From IMG/VR virus record IMGVR_UViG_3300026270_000013, positions 1-35,816 of that record: DNA of 35,816 nt; one strand, 5' to 3'. Position 1 is the first letter of the stretch; each line of letters opens with the position of its first letter. The notes beneath the pieces are model-generated. The model was given only the letters and a program-made list of their open reading frames with translations. It was not told the origin of the DNA and did not search any database. The stretch comes from a virus (Duplodnaviria > Caudoviricetes). Shown here one piece after another: positions 18,542-26,944 of the stretch. The position numbers were made by a program, and so were the translations under genes.

Positions 18542-20722
18542 ATGATATTGAAACTTTGGCCTTATAATAAACCCTTATCATTGAATGGTTTTGGCGGCGG
18601 TGGTTATAGTCCACTTCATCGTCCTGATAGTATTCCACCTAAGAATTATTTTCCATTCGATCTAGAAAGAATGAAAGTTCATGGCAAAACGCCTGTTTAT
18701 AGTTTTGCTGGTATTTCATCTTCACCAACCACAGGTTTTTATATGAAACCAGATGGCACCGCCATATATACGATGCAAACTGATAATTATATAAGAAAAC
18801 ATTCCTTAGGCACTGCATGGGATGTATCGACTGGATCTTATGTTCATTCAAGTTTACAACTTTTATCGACCAATGCTTCACCTCACGGCACTTTTAATAG
18901 TAGAGGTGCTTTTGACTATGATACACTTAGAGGTATTTATTTTAAAAATGACGGAACAAAGGCATATTATGCTGACACTCAATACATTTATGAAACAAAT
19001 TTAAGCGTGGCTTGGGATATATCTTCATTATCCTCAACTTATACTCAGCGTTACGATTTTTCATCAAAATTAGTAGATACAGGAACTGGCACCTACACAA
19101 TAGTTAGTTTTTACTTCAAACCAGATGGTTCACAACTTTATGTTGTGACTCATTTGAATAGATCTGGTTACTCAGGTCTGTTTCCTATTAGTTGTAACGA
19201 TAGTGAAGCCCTTACTTACAGATATGGTTACGCAACTGGTGGAAATGATTCTCCTATTCATGTATATAATTTATCTACGAATTACGACATATCTACTGCA
19301 ACTCATGATTATACATATATTGTTGATCTTCCATACGGCGGTAATCGATGCGTCAGAGGGATAGGATTTAGTAGTGATGGAACAAAAGTTTTCATGTTAG
19401 GTATGACTGAAGGTGTTATGGAGACAATTTATGGAGAATTAAGCACTGCTTGGGATCTTTCTACTGTAAGCACCAATCAAAGCAATTATTACTACACAGA
19501 ACATAGGCAATTTCAACAGGCAAATACTGGCCTTGGCATGAATATATTTTGGAGAACTGATAGTGGTTACGATGGAACAAGGTATTATCTTCCACAGAAA
19601 CATTTTAAAATTTATCAAGATGAACCAAAAACGGGCACATATAATATCAATAACTCTGCAAGTAATTATATAGGATGGTGGCTGACTTTAAGTGATTCAG
19701 ATCATACTAATTTTGTTTCTACAAGACAAAATCCTGAAGCTGCAAATAATTATATAGGGGGAGCATATTCGGGTTATGACGAACCTATATTTCAGAGTTT
19801 TATTCCTGACGGAACAAAACTGATTAATATTTATAACCAGTATATTAATGTATTTGATGTAACCACTCCGTATGATGTAAGAACTATCAATTCTGGGTAC
19901 GGCGGTGGCGGTGCTGGTGGTAGAGTTCAAATAAATGCACAAGCACTTTATCACAACTCAGGCTCATATAATTATATCTTACCAATGAATATGAGATTTA
20001 ATTCAGATGGATCAAAGGTTATTTTAGGGCCTAGTCGTAGTTTCTCCACTAGAGACGGTGTTTTTATATCACTTGATATGAACACTCCGTATGATTTTAG
20101 TTCAGTAACTAATATTTCTAATTCATATAATCCATCTGGCAAAAAAACATTTATTTTCTATGACGTAAGTGCCAGTGCTGCCAGTCAAGAATTCAATAAT
20201 CAAGGTTTAAGTGAAGAATCTTTTGCTGGAGTTTGTTCTTTCGATGGATATCATCTCTATGTTGTTGGTCAACCTTCATCAGCATATAATAATAATGCTA
20301 CCCTCTACCAATATACAATGACTACTGCTTTTGATCTGAACACTGCATCATATGCTCGCAGACTAGTTTTGTCAAATCAACGAGTGAGATGTATGCAGAT
20401 AAGTCCAGATGGCAAGCAAATAATAATAGGAAATGATAAACATATCAGATATTTTGGATACAATGGAACACAACCTGAAGTGGTGCCATATGAGTTGATC
20501 TCCTATACTTTAAGCACTGCTCATGACATTAGCACCATGACTGCTGATAAGAAGTTTGTCGCTGGTAATTTAGGCATGGCACAGAACCATTATGAAAGTA
20601 ATCCATATGGTGACGGTGCTTTCTTTATTGTTGATAATGGTGTGGATGCTGCTAAAAATGAAAATGGATTCTATTTTTATAGTTATTATGGTATGTCTTT
20701 CTTTAAACTGAGAGTCGTTTAA
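18542..20722 (+). CDS. Adhesin/head 2: beta-propeller with LSTAWD.ST repeats
   Basis: Repeats of G..F..DG.K.Y...Y.L(S/T)T(A/P)(W/Y/F)D.S(T/S), about 8 copies. N-terminal PLSLNGFGGGG peptide. Confidence 0.75.
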   Translation: MILKLWPYNKPLSLNGFGGGGYSPLHRPDSIPPKNYFPFDLERMKVHGKTPVYSFAGISSSPTTGFYMKPDGTAIYTMQTDNYIRKHSLGTAWDVSTGSYVHSSLQLLSTNASPHGTFNSRGAFDYDTLRGIYFKNDGTKAYYADTQYIYETNLSVAWDISSLSSTYTQRYDFSSKLVDTGTGTYTIVSFYFKPDGSQLYVVTHLNRSGYSGLFPISCNDSEALTYRYGYATGGNDSPIHVYNLSTNYDISTATHDYTYIVDLPYGGNRCVRGIGFSSDGTKVFMLGMTEGVMETIYGELSTAWDLSTVSTNQSNYYYTEHRQFQQANTGLGMNIFWRTDSGYDGTRYYLPQKHFKIYQDEPKTGTYNINNSASNYIGWWLTLSDSDHTNFVSTRQNPEAANNYIGGAYSGYDEPIFQSFIPDGTKLINIYNQYINVFDVTTPYDVRTINSGYGGGGAGGRVQINAQALYHNSGSYNYILPMNMRFNSDGSKVILGPSRSFSTRDGVFISLDMNTPYDFSSVTNISNSYNPSGKKTFIFYDVSASAASQEFNNQGLSEESFAGVCSFDGYHLYVVGQPSSAYNNNATLYQYTMTTAFDLNTASYARRLVLSNQRVRCMQISPDGKQIIIGNDKHIRYFGYNGTQPEVVPYELISYTLSTAHDISTMTADKKFVAGNLGMAQNHYESNPYGDGAFFIVDNGVDAAKNENGFYFYSYYGMSFFKLRVV

Positions 20723-20732
20723 TAATTATGAT

Positions 20733-20750
20733 TCTAATTAAACTAAATAA
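20733..20750 (+). promoter_or_regulatory. T4-type late promoter (ACTAAATA)
   Basis: tctaattaaACTAAATAa, an 18-nt duplicate of 17477-17494, upstream of the 20764 ATG. Confidence 0.6.
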
Positions 20751-20763
20751 CTAAAAATACAAA

Positions 20764-20949
20764 ATGGGTTACTATCTTAAAAAACAAGGATTATCTGGAA
20801 GAGATGTCTATTATACAGGTGATCAAGTTTGGTCTGATGACATATCTAAAAAGATCATTTTTAACACTAAAGTAATGGCTGAAGGCATAATTAAAAATGA
20901 AAACGGAAAGAATGGTGGATTTTCAGGAACTCAGATAGTTTCTGAATAA
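20764..20949 (+). CDS. Small hypothetical late protein (61 aa)
   Basis: Has its own late promoter; VYYTGD..WSDD...K...NGKNGGF.G..IVSE; fills the intergenic space. Confidence 0.65.
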   Translation: MGYYLKKQGLSGRDVYYTGDQVWSDDISKKIIFNTKVMAEGIIKNENGKNGGFSGTQIVSE

Positions 20950-20952
20950 ATA
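20945..20952 (+). promoter_or_regulatory. T4-type late promoter (AATAAATA)
   Basis: ATAAATAACTAAAAA..GATAATG block, nearly the same as upstream of 22967 and 26093. Confidence 0.65.
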
Positions 20953-20966
20953 ACTAAAAAAAGATA

Positions 20967-21188
20967 ATGTCAATTACTAAAGTCACAGGTAAGGTTATAG
21001 ACGAAACCACAAACCTCACAGTTGGAATTATCACCGCAACTAATATTATTAAAACAGATGGCAGTGGTTTTGGTAATACTGTGGTTACGATTGGAGTGAG
21101 AGTCGGTACAGCCGTCACTTTTCGTGCAAGTGGCGTAAGTTTTGATGTATTGACTAGGGACAGTGGAAATGTTCCCATTAGTCTTTAA
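20967..21188 (+). CDS. Small structural protein (73 aa), paralog of 26093..26317
   Basis: MSITKV...TTNLTVGIITATN....DGS.FG.....G.R.G.A.TF...G..F.V..R. Confidence 0.7.
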   Translation: MSITKVTGKVIDETTNLTVGIITATNIIKTDGSGFGNTVVTIGVRVGTAVTFRASGVSFDVLTRDSGNVPISL

Positions 21189-21194
21189 TAAATA
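21187..21194 (+). promoter_or_regulatory. T4-type late promoter (AATAAATA)
   Basis: Overlaps the stop of the 73-aa gene; same arrangement at 26316. Confidence 0.55.
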
Positions 21195-21213
21195 CAGAGG
21201 AGTATGAATTAAC

Positions 21214-21879
21214 ATGGCAGACAGATTTCCACTAGTAGTAAATTCGAGTGCGAATCGAATCGAAGAATTACTACAGGCTGATAATTTAAATTTGGCTAAC
21301 AATAGTATTGTTGGTGTCGTAGATATTACTGCTTCTGGTAATGTTTCAATTGGTGGCACATTAACTTATGAGGATGTAACCAATGTAGACTCGGTTGGAC
21401 TCATCACTGCGAGAAATGGAATCACTGTCACTGGTGGAAATACAACAATCAAAGGTGCAGTAGAAACTACAAATACTGGATCATATTCTGGTACAGAATT
21501 GACGTGTGATACCACATCAGGAACTGTATTTACTCACGATCTTCAATCAGGTCTTGTTAAGTCAATCAAGATTAGTAATTTTCCAGCAACCGCAAATTCA
21601 TTTCACACCGTTACGATTATTTTAACTCAAAATGATGCTGGTACAGCACATACGACAGCGGCTTTGGGGATTGGAACAAATGTCACTCTCGATCCTGATG
21701 GTGTCACTGGATTTTCAACTGTTGCAATGGTTGGTTCAGGAACAACAGTCACTCTTGGAACAACCGCAGACGATATTAATATTATATCTTTTGGTATTCA
21801 CTATAATGGTGGAACTAATACTGACGTAAGTAATTATAAAACATTTGTTACTAAAACTGGTGATTTCCGTTTAGGATAA
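21214..21879 (+). CDS. Fibre stalk/adaptor 3 (MADRFPL N-terminus, YEDVTN hinge, divergent C-terminal domain)
   Basis: MADRFPLVVN..I.EL...DNL.L..NSIVGV; hinge at 21337-21414. Confidence 0.75.
   Translation: MADRFPLVVNSSANRIEELLQADNLNLANNSIVGVVDITASGNVSIGGTLTYEDVTNVDSVGLITARNGITVTGGNTTIKGAVETTNTGSYSGTELTCDTTSGTVFTHDLQSGLVKSIKISNFPATANSFHTVTIILTQNDAGTAHTTAALGIGTNVTLDPDGVTGFSTVAMVGSGTTVTLGTTADDINIISFGIHYNGGTNTDVSNYKTFVTKTGDFRLG
21337..21414 (+). repeat. 78-bp YEDVTN hinge repeat, copy 3 of 5
   Basis: Encodes GNVSIGGTLTYEDVTNVDSVGLITAR, the same peptide as copy 4. Confidence 0.9.
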
Positions 21880-21893
21880 TTTGAGGTGAGTTA

Positions 21894-22931
21894 ATGTTTG
21901 ATCAACATTATAAAAAAGAAAGTCCAACTTTTACTGGCATCACGAGAGGTGTTGGTGGATTTGGTTTCGGTGCTTCCAGCGCTGCTGGTGGTGGTGGTGG
22001 CCCTAAAAATATTAACTTGTTAATTAATGGTAAATTTGGTTCTGCTGGTAACTATACAGGTGCGGATGTAGCTACTTATTGGGCTAATGCTGTTGAAAAT
22101 AATTATAGTGGACAAAAAACTAATGAGTTTGTACAAACTGATTTTACTAGAGTTGGGGATGGTATTCTTAAATTTACTCTTTCAGCTGGTACTTACAAAA
22201 TTTATGCAAAAAGTGCTGAGGGATCAGGAAGTAATCATTGGACAGGACACTCAGTAGAGTGTAATTTAACTCTCACCTCTGATCATGGTATGTTGTTGTT
22301 AGTTCCGAATCACGGTATGGGGAGTTACTCCGCAGGCGGTGGTCTGTTTCTTATTGCTGGAACTGATTATACTAATTCTACTACTAATAGAGCTATTTTA
22401 ATTTTAGGTGGCGGCGGTGGCGGTTATATTTATTACAATACTTTCGGACAATCTGGCTATTTGTATAACGGTTTGTCATCTCGCAGAGGGCCATCGAGTG
22501 GAACTGCTGGAAATTATGACGGAGGTGCTGGTTGGTTGAATAGTTATAACGTAAAACCTTATGGTGGTATTGGTGGTTCATATTATGCCCAGCGAGCCAG
22601 GCATTTTGTAGAAGGTGGTAGTGGTGGATACGGTAATGCATGCAGTACTCCTGGCGGATTTGGTGGAGGTGGTGGATCTTGTCCTGCTGGTGCAGGCGGT
22701 CATGTAGGAGGTTATCCTGGCACAGATAGTCATAACGGTGGGCAAGGTTATGGTGGTAGTGGAAGTGGTGCTCACCATGGCGGAGGTGGAGGCACATCAT
22801 ATTACAACACCAGTTACGCGCCCGCAGTCATCTCAAACATCAGTAATGTTAATCAAGGATCAAGCAATAGTACTAATTATAGCAGTGAAACTGCATCAGC
22901 GCAAGGCTACTTTGGTATTTACACAGTGTAA
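21894..22931 (+). CDS. Adhesin/head 3: glycine-rich protein (gp38-adhesin/ALK-type polyglycine-like)
   Basis: Runs AGGG, LGGGGGG, GGAGW, GGSGG, GGFGGGGG, GAGG..GG and GGGGGTSY separated by variable loops. N-terminal YKKESP..TG..RGVGG peptide; GAGG RBS upstream. Confidence 0.7.
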   Translation: MFDQHYKKESPTFTGITRGVGGFGFGASSAAGGGGGPKNINLLINGKFGSAGNYTGADVATYWANAVENNYSGQKTNEFVQTDFTRVGDGILKFTLSAGTYKIYAKSAEGSGSNHWTGHSVECNLTLTSDHGMLLLVPNHGMGSYSAGGGLFLIAGTDYTNSTTNRAILILGGGGGGYIYYNTFGQSGYLYNGLSSRRGPSSGTAGNYDGGAGWLNSYNVKPYGGIGGSYYAQRARHFVEGGSGGYGNACSTPGGFGGGGGSCPAGAGGHVGGYPGTDSHNGGQGYGGSGSGAHHGGGGGTSYYNTSYAPAVISNISNVNQGSSNSTNYSSETASAQGYFGIYTV

Positions 22932-22945
22932 ATATGAACTGTCCA

Positions 22946-22953
22946 TATAAATA
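22946..22953 (+). promoter_or_regulatory. T4 late promoter, perfect TATAAATA
   Basis: Exact consensus 13 nt upstream of the 22967 ATG. Confidence 0.8.
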
Positions 22954-22966
22954 ACTAAAAAGATAA

Positions 22967-24580
22967 ATGGCATATCTCGGTAATCAACCTATAGTCGGTG
23001 ACTCAACAAACAAATTTAAAATTCTAGATGATATCTCGACATTTACTTTAACGTTTGATGGGTCTAGTGCTAGTACTGTGTCTGTTGCAGATAACACGAT
23101 TTCAGCTGGAAATCATCGATTTATAACAGGACAGAAAGTAACATATTCAGACGGTGGTGGAACGGTTATCACAGGATTAACAGACGCAACTTCATATTTT
23201 ATAATTAAAGTAGATCAGAATACAATCAAACTAGCAACAAGTGCATCAAACGCATCATCTTCAACTGCAATTGATTTAACAGGTCTCGGTGCTGGTGCAT
23301 CCCATACATTAAATGTTAAGTTCGATGGAACGAATACGAAGTTTAAGATAACTCATGATAATGGAGTAAAGTCAACGATAACTCGACCTGAACAATTGAG
23401 TTTATCAATTAACGGTGTCATACAAAATCCAGATGCTGATTATAGTATTGAATCAGATTCTACACTTGCGTTAAATGCAGCACCTGTGGCCACAGATAAG
23501 GCCTTTGGTTCTTTTGTTGAAGCATTAGCATTATTTACTAATGTTGAAGATAATACAATTGATGAATTTACTGGTGATGGAAGTACAACAACATTTACTC
23601 TATCAAAAGAACCACCTTCGAGTCGTGATATTATGGTCGCTATCGATGGTGTAGTTCAATATCCACACACATCAGGAGGAACGAGATCCTATAGTGCCTC
23701 TGGAACATCTTTGGTATTTGCAGTTGCTCCTGCTCTTGGTGTTGTGATACAAGCGAGACATATTGGATTTGCTGCTGCAACATCATCAAGTGTGACTGCT
23801 TTTTATGGAAGAACTGGTAATGTCACATTAACGTCAACAGATAATATATCGGTCAATGAGTTTACCGCTGCTGGTAATGTTTCAATTGGTGGCACACTAA
23901 CTTATGAAGATGTAACCAATGTAGATTCAGTCGGACTCATTACTGCAAGAGACGGTATAAGTATCACAGGTGGAAATGTTACTCTGACTGGTGGTGGAAG
24001 TTTTACTGGTGATGGTTCTGGATTAACTGGTATTGCTGCCACAGATAATGTAAGAACAGGTATATTAGACGTTGCTGGTATTGCAACATTTAGATCAAAT
24101 ACTCTTGTTGGATCTGGAATCACTTTAAGTCCTGATGGTGATGGATTCTTTACAGGTATCACAACTATAAGGTCAGCGAGTTTTGGTAGTGGTGTTTTAC
24201 AAGAACCATTTCATAATGATTTAAGTACCGTTTCAGGCACTCATAATCACGATGCTCTTACATATGGAATGGTTTGGTTAAACCAAGCAAACGCTGGTGG
24301 TTCTTTTGTGATTAATCTTAGAGGAGATGCAAGCACCACATTTGATAGTTTGATAGATATTGGAAAGGTTACGGTAATGACAATATATTCTGGAAATAAT
24401 AGTGCGTCAAACTATATGACTGCTTTTCAAATTGATGGTTCCGCTCAAACTGTTAAATATTCTGGAGGTTCAGCACCATCTGCTGCCACTGGATCTGGAG
24501 TAGATGTATATTCAATGACAATTTTTAAGATCGGTGCAAGTTCTTATGAAGTATATGGTAATTTTACTAACTTTGCATAA
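22967..24580 (+). CDS. Fibre stalk/adaptor 4 (MAYLG N-terminus with extra modules, YEDVTN hinge, docking-type C-terminal domain)
   Basis: Two F.G....F.(L/I)...I.GV.Q.P modules, an inserted H.F.TGQKV.Y..GL....YF module, hinge at 23873-23950, and C-terminal VKYSGGSAPS...SGVDVYS.TIFK. Confidence 0.75.
   Translation: MAYLGNQPIVGDSTNKFKILDDISTFTLTFDGSSASTVSVADNTISAGNHRFITGQKVTYSDGGGTVITGLTDATSYFIIKVDQNTIKLATSASNASSSTAIDLTGLGAGASHTLNVKFDGTNTKFKITHDNGVKSTITRPEQLSLSINGVIQNPDADYSIESDSTLALNAAPVATDKAFGSFVEALALFTNVEDNTIDEFTGDGSTTTFTLSKEPPSSRDIMVAIDGVVQYPHTSGGTRSYSASGTSLVFAVAPALGVVIQARHIGFAAATSSSVTAFYGRTGNVTLTSTDNISVNEFTAAGNVSIGGTLTYEDVTNVDSVGLITARDGISITGGNVTLTGGGSFTGDGSGLTGIAATDNVRTGILDVAGIATFRSNTLVGSGITLSPDGDGFFTGITTIRSASFGSGVLQEPFHNDLSTVSGTHNHDALTYGMVWLNQANAGGSFVINLRGDASTTFDSLIDIGKVTVMTIYSGNNSASNYMTAFQIDGSAQTVKYSGGSAPSAATGSGVDVYSMTIFKIGASSYEVYGNFTNFA
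23873..23950 (+). repeat. 78-bp YEDVTN hinge repeat, copy 4 of 5
   Basis: Encodes GNVSIGGTLTYEDVTNVDSVGLITAR. Confidence 0.9.
24047..24138 (+). repeat. 92-bp direct repeat, copy 2 (copy 1 at 12518-12609)
   Basis: Encodes NVRTGILDVAGIATFRSNTLVGSGITLSPDG in both genes. Confidence 0.9.
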
Positions 24581-26052
24581 TGAAGGATAATTATACAAAA
24601 CAAAGTCCTATCCCAAGCTTGTTAAGTCTTGGGGGTAGTTTTAATTCATTTGGTAGTGGGGGTGGAAACCACTGGTTTTTCAGTTTTTATAATACTGATA
24701 ACTCTTTTAATTATCCTACTGTTATGGATACTACGATTGACAGTTCAGGTAATCTTTATATGTGTGGGGGTCTAATGACTTTAGGCCATTCTTTTGTCGC
24801 AAAATTTGACAGTAAGGGAGTTTTTCAATGGGGAAGGAAATATGAAGCTCATATAATAAGATTCACTGGAGTAAAAGTAGATACATCAGGGAATGTTTAT
24901 GTCGCTGGATACACAGGAAATTCACCCCAAGGTTCTTCTTATGGAAGCAGATTTATACTTTTTAAGTATAATTCTTCGGGAGTCATACAATGGGAACGTG
25001 AGTTAGGTGATACTAATAGTTCTAATGATTGTGAATGTTTCTGTTTAGAGATAGATAATTTTAATAGTCTTTATCTTGGTGGTTGGGTTGAATCAAGTAG
25101 CATAGGTTGGAGCAAGAGTTATATGATCGCTAAATACAATTCTTCAGGAACTCTTCAAAATCAACAGGTGATACGATTCAGTAATTATATTGACAGTGTA
25201 CATGCCATTGCATATTCATCCAGCATATATGGTTTCTGGGCTGTTGGTATATCATATCAAGTATCAAATCTAGGATATAATACAGGATATATGAACATTT
25301 CCAAATATAATAATAGTGGAAATTATGTTGGCACAAGAAAATTTTTAGGACACTACAACGGCATGGGGAATGCAACTTATAGAGCTTTTGATGCAACTAT
25401 GAATGGAAGTGACCTTTATACTTGTTGTGACACAGGTGGTGACGCTATCATTTCCAAATATAACAGTAGTGGAACTGAACAATGGTGTCGAGTTATATAT
25501 GACGGATCAACCAGTCTATACCCTAGAGGAATAACTACAGATAGTTCAGGTAATGTTTATGTGGCAGGTTATAATGAGGGAGGTGGTAACTACGATGTTT
25601 TCATTCTTAAATTTAACTCTTCGGGAGTCCTTCAGTGGCAACGTAAATTTTCTGATCAAGGAGGATCGTACCAAGATATAGTTAATGGCCCATGTATTCA
25701 GTGCGATAACTCAGGTAATTTTTATGTAGTGTTAGGCACGCTGACGCCAAACTCAGATAGCACACCAAGGCATGTAATGGTTCTTAAACTTCCTGATGAT
25801 GGATCTTTAACTGGCACATATAGTTTGACGCATTCTGGATCATCAGCTGGAAGTTATACTTATTCTGCAACTTCTTTTTCCGACCAACCAAGATCTTATT
25901 TTCCAAATATTGTGGAAACATCATCTTCCCACTATGTTTCTACGTCAAATGCTAGCCAGACTGCTAGTACTTTTACTGTTAACCCCAACTATGGTGGGGA
26001 CACTGCTTATACCCCTGGCGGTGGTTTTAGTGATTTTACCTACCTTGCGTAA
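24580..26052 (+). CDS. Adhesin/head 4: beta-propeller (SBBP-like repeats), no LamG
   Basis: DSSGNVYVAG...KYNSSG..QW.R repeats ending in VLKLPDDGS..G.Y. N-terminal YTKQSP..SL.SLGG peptide; TAATG-coupled to adaptor 4. Confidence 0.8.
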   Translation: MKDNYTKQSPIPSLLSLGGSFNSFGSGGGNHWFFSFYNTDNSFNYPTVMDTTIDSSGNLYMCGGLMTLGHSFVAKFDSKGVFQWGRKYEAHIIRFTGVKVDTSGNVYVAGYTGNSPQGSSYGSRFILFKYNSSGVIQWERELGDTNSSNDCECFCLEIDNFNSLYLGGWVESSSIGWSKSYMIAKYNSSGTLQNQQVIRFSNYIDSVHAIAYSSSIYGFWAVGISYQVSNLGYNTGYMNISKYNNSGNYVGTRKFLGHYNGMGNATYRAFDATMNGSDLYTCCDTGGDAIISKYNSSGTEQWCRVIYDGSTSLYPRGITTDSSGNVYVAGYNEGGGNYDVFILKFNSSGVLQWQRKFSDQGGSYQDIVNGPCIQCDNSGNFYVVLGTLTPNSDSTPRHVMVLKLPDDGSLTGTYSLTHSGSSAGSYTYSATSFSDQPRSYFPNIVETSSSHYVSTSNASQTASTFTVNPNYGGDTAYTPGGGFSDFTYLA

Positions 26053-26071
26053 TATGAAATTTTATATTTAT

Positions 26072-26079
26072 GATAAATA
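26072..26079 (+). promoter_or_regulatory. T4-type late promoter (GATAAATA)
   Basis: ATAAATAACTAAAAAGATAAATG is identical to the block upstream of 22967. Confidence 0.65.
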
Positions 26080-26092
26080 ACTAAAAAGATAA

Positions 26093-26317
26093 ATGTCGTT
26101 CACTAAACTTTCGGGGGTGGGTGTACAAACCACCACAAATGTCACAGTTGGACTTATCACTGCGACTAATTTTTTAACTCCAGATGGATCTACTTTCGGT
26201 AGACCTCCTTTATTCGTTGTAGGGATGAGAACTGGAGCAGCAACAACTTTTAATACTACTGGTTCGACATTTAACGTGATTAACAGAGCTGGCGTTGGAA
26301 TCACTATCAGTATCTAA
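26093..26317 (+). CDS. Small structural protein (74 aa), paralog of 20967..21188
   Basis: MSFTKL...TTNVTVGLITATN...DGS.FG.....G.R.G.A.TF...G..F.V..R. Confidence 0.7.
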   Translation: MSFTKLSGVGVQTTTNVTVGLITATNFLTPDGSTFGRPPLFVVGMRTGAATTFNTTGSTFNVINRAGVGITISI

Positions 26318-26323
26318 TAAATA
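26316..26323 (+). promoter_or_regulatory. T4-type late promoter (AATAAATA)
   Basis: Same position and context as 21187-21194. Confidence 0.55.
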
Positions 26324-26342
26324 CAAAGAGGTATAAATTAAC

Positions 26343-26942
26343 ATGGCAGATAGATTTCCACTCATAGCAAATCCAAGCACGAGTCAAATTCAAGAATTAT
26401 CAAATCTTGATAATTTAGATTTGTCGGGTAACAGTATTGTCGGTGTTACAACTATTTTCGCCACTAATGTTTCGATTGCTGGTACATTAACTTATGAGGA
26501 TGTAACTAACGTAGATTCGATTGGTATTATAACTGCGAGATCAGGTGTAGATTTCTCTAACATATTGAAAGAGGGTGTTAAAATTACTGCTGATACGTTA
26601 AGTAATAATCCAAATGTAGATCTTTCAAATGGGATGGTTCATCTCTTCACAACTCAAGAGACAACCACATCCACACCAAATATAAGATTTGATGGATCAA
26701 CTTCATTAAATTCCAAGATGAGTGTTGGAGAAGCGATTACTGTAGTAACAATTGTAACGGCTGCTGCATCTGGATATTCTGCACAGTTAACGATTGATGG
26801 CAGCGCAGTTACAGAAAGTTGGTTTAATGGTTCTGCACCAGCAAAAGGTGGTTCGAGTGGATATGATGTTTACAATCGTCATATTATAAAAACTGCTGAC
26901 GCAACATTCATTGTTCTTTCAAACATTATAAATTACGCATAA
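26343..26942 (+). CDS. Fibre stalk/adaptor 5 (MADRFPL N-terminus, YEDVTN hinge, docking-type C-terminal domain)
   Basis: N-terminus like adaptor 3; C-terminus like adaptor 2 (GM.H.FTT.ETTTSTPN.RFD.ST.L.SKMSVGE.I.V). Confidence 0.75.
   Translation: MADRFPLIANPSTSQIQELSNLDNLDLSGNSIVGVTTIFATNVSIAGTLTYEDVTNVDSIGIITARSGVDFSNILKEGVKITADTLSNNPNVDLSNGMVHLFTTQETTTSTPNIRFDGSTSLNSKMSVGEAITVVTIVTAAASGYSAQLTIDGSAVTESWFNGSAPAKGGSSGYDVYNRHIIKTADATFIVLSNIINYA
26463..26540 (+). repeat. 78-bp YEDVTN hinge repeat, copy 5 of 5
   Basis: Encodes TNVSIAGTLTYEDVTNVDSIGIITAR. Confidence 0.9.
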
Positions 26943-26944
26943 TT

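Noticed and set aside
18530-18544. Adaptor 2 and head 2 are in the same frame (possible readthrough fusion)
   Set aside because: Two consecutive stops (TAG TGA) separate them, and the other four pairs are out of frame.
22937-22946. AACTGTCCA resembling the early promoter upstream motif
   Set aside because: No -35/-10 at the expected spacing; it abuts a perfect late promoter and may be chance or a relic.
12518-24138. 92-bp repeat as a DGR template/variable repeat pair
   Set aside because: Only two synonymous differences, both copies are mid-gene and coding, and there is no reverse transcriptase in the window.
14644-26540. Hinge repeats as invertase/shufflon sites or a CRISPR-like array
   Set aside because: All copies are direct, in-frame coding and kilobases apart; there are no inverted cassettes, site-specific recombinase or cas genes here.
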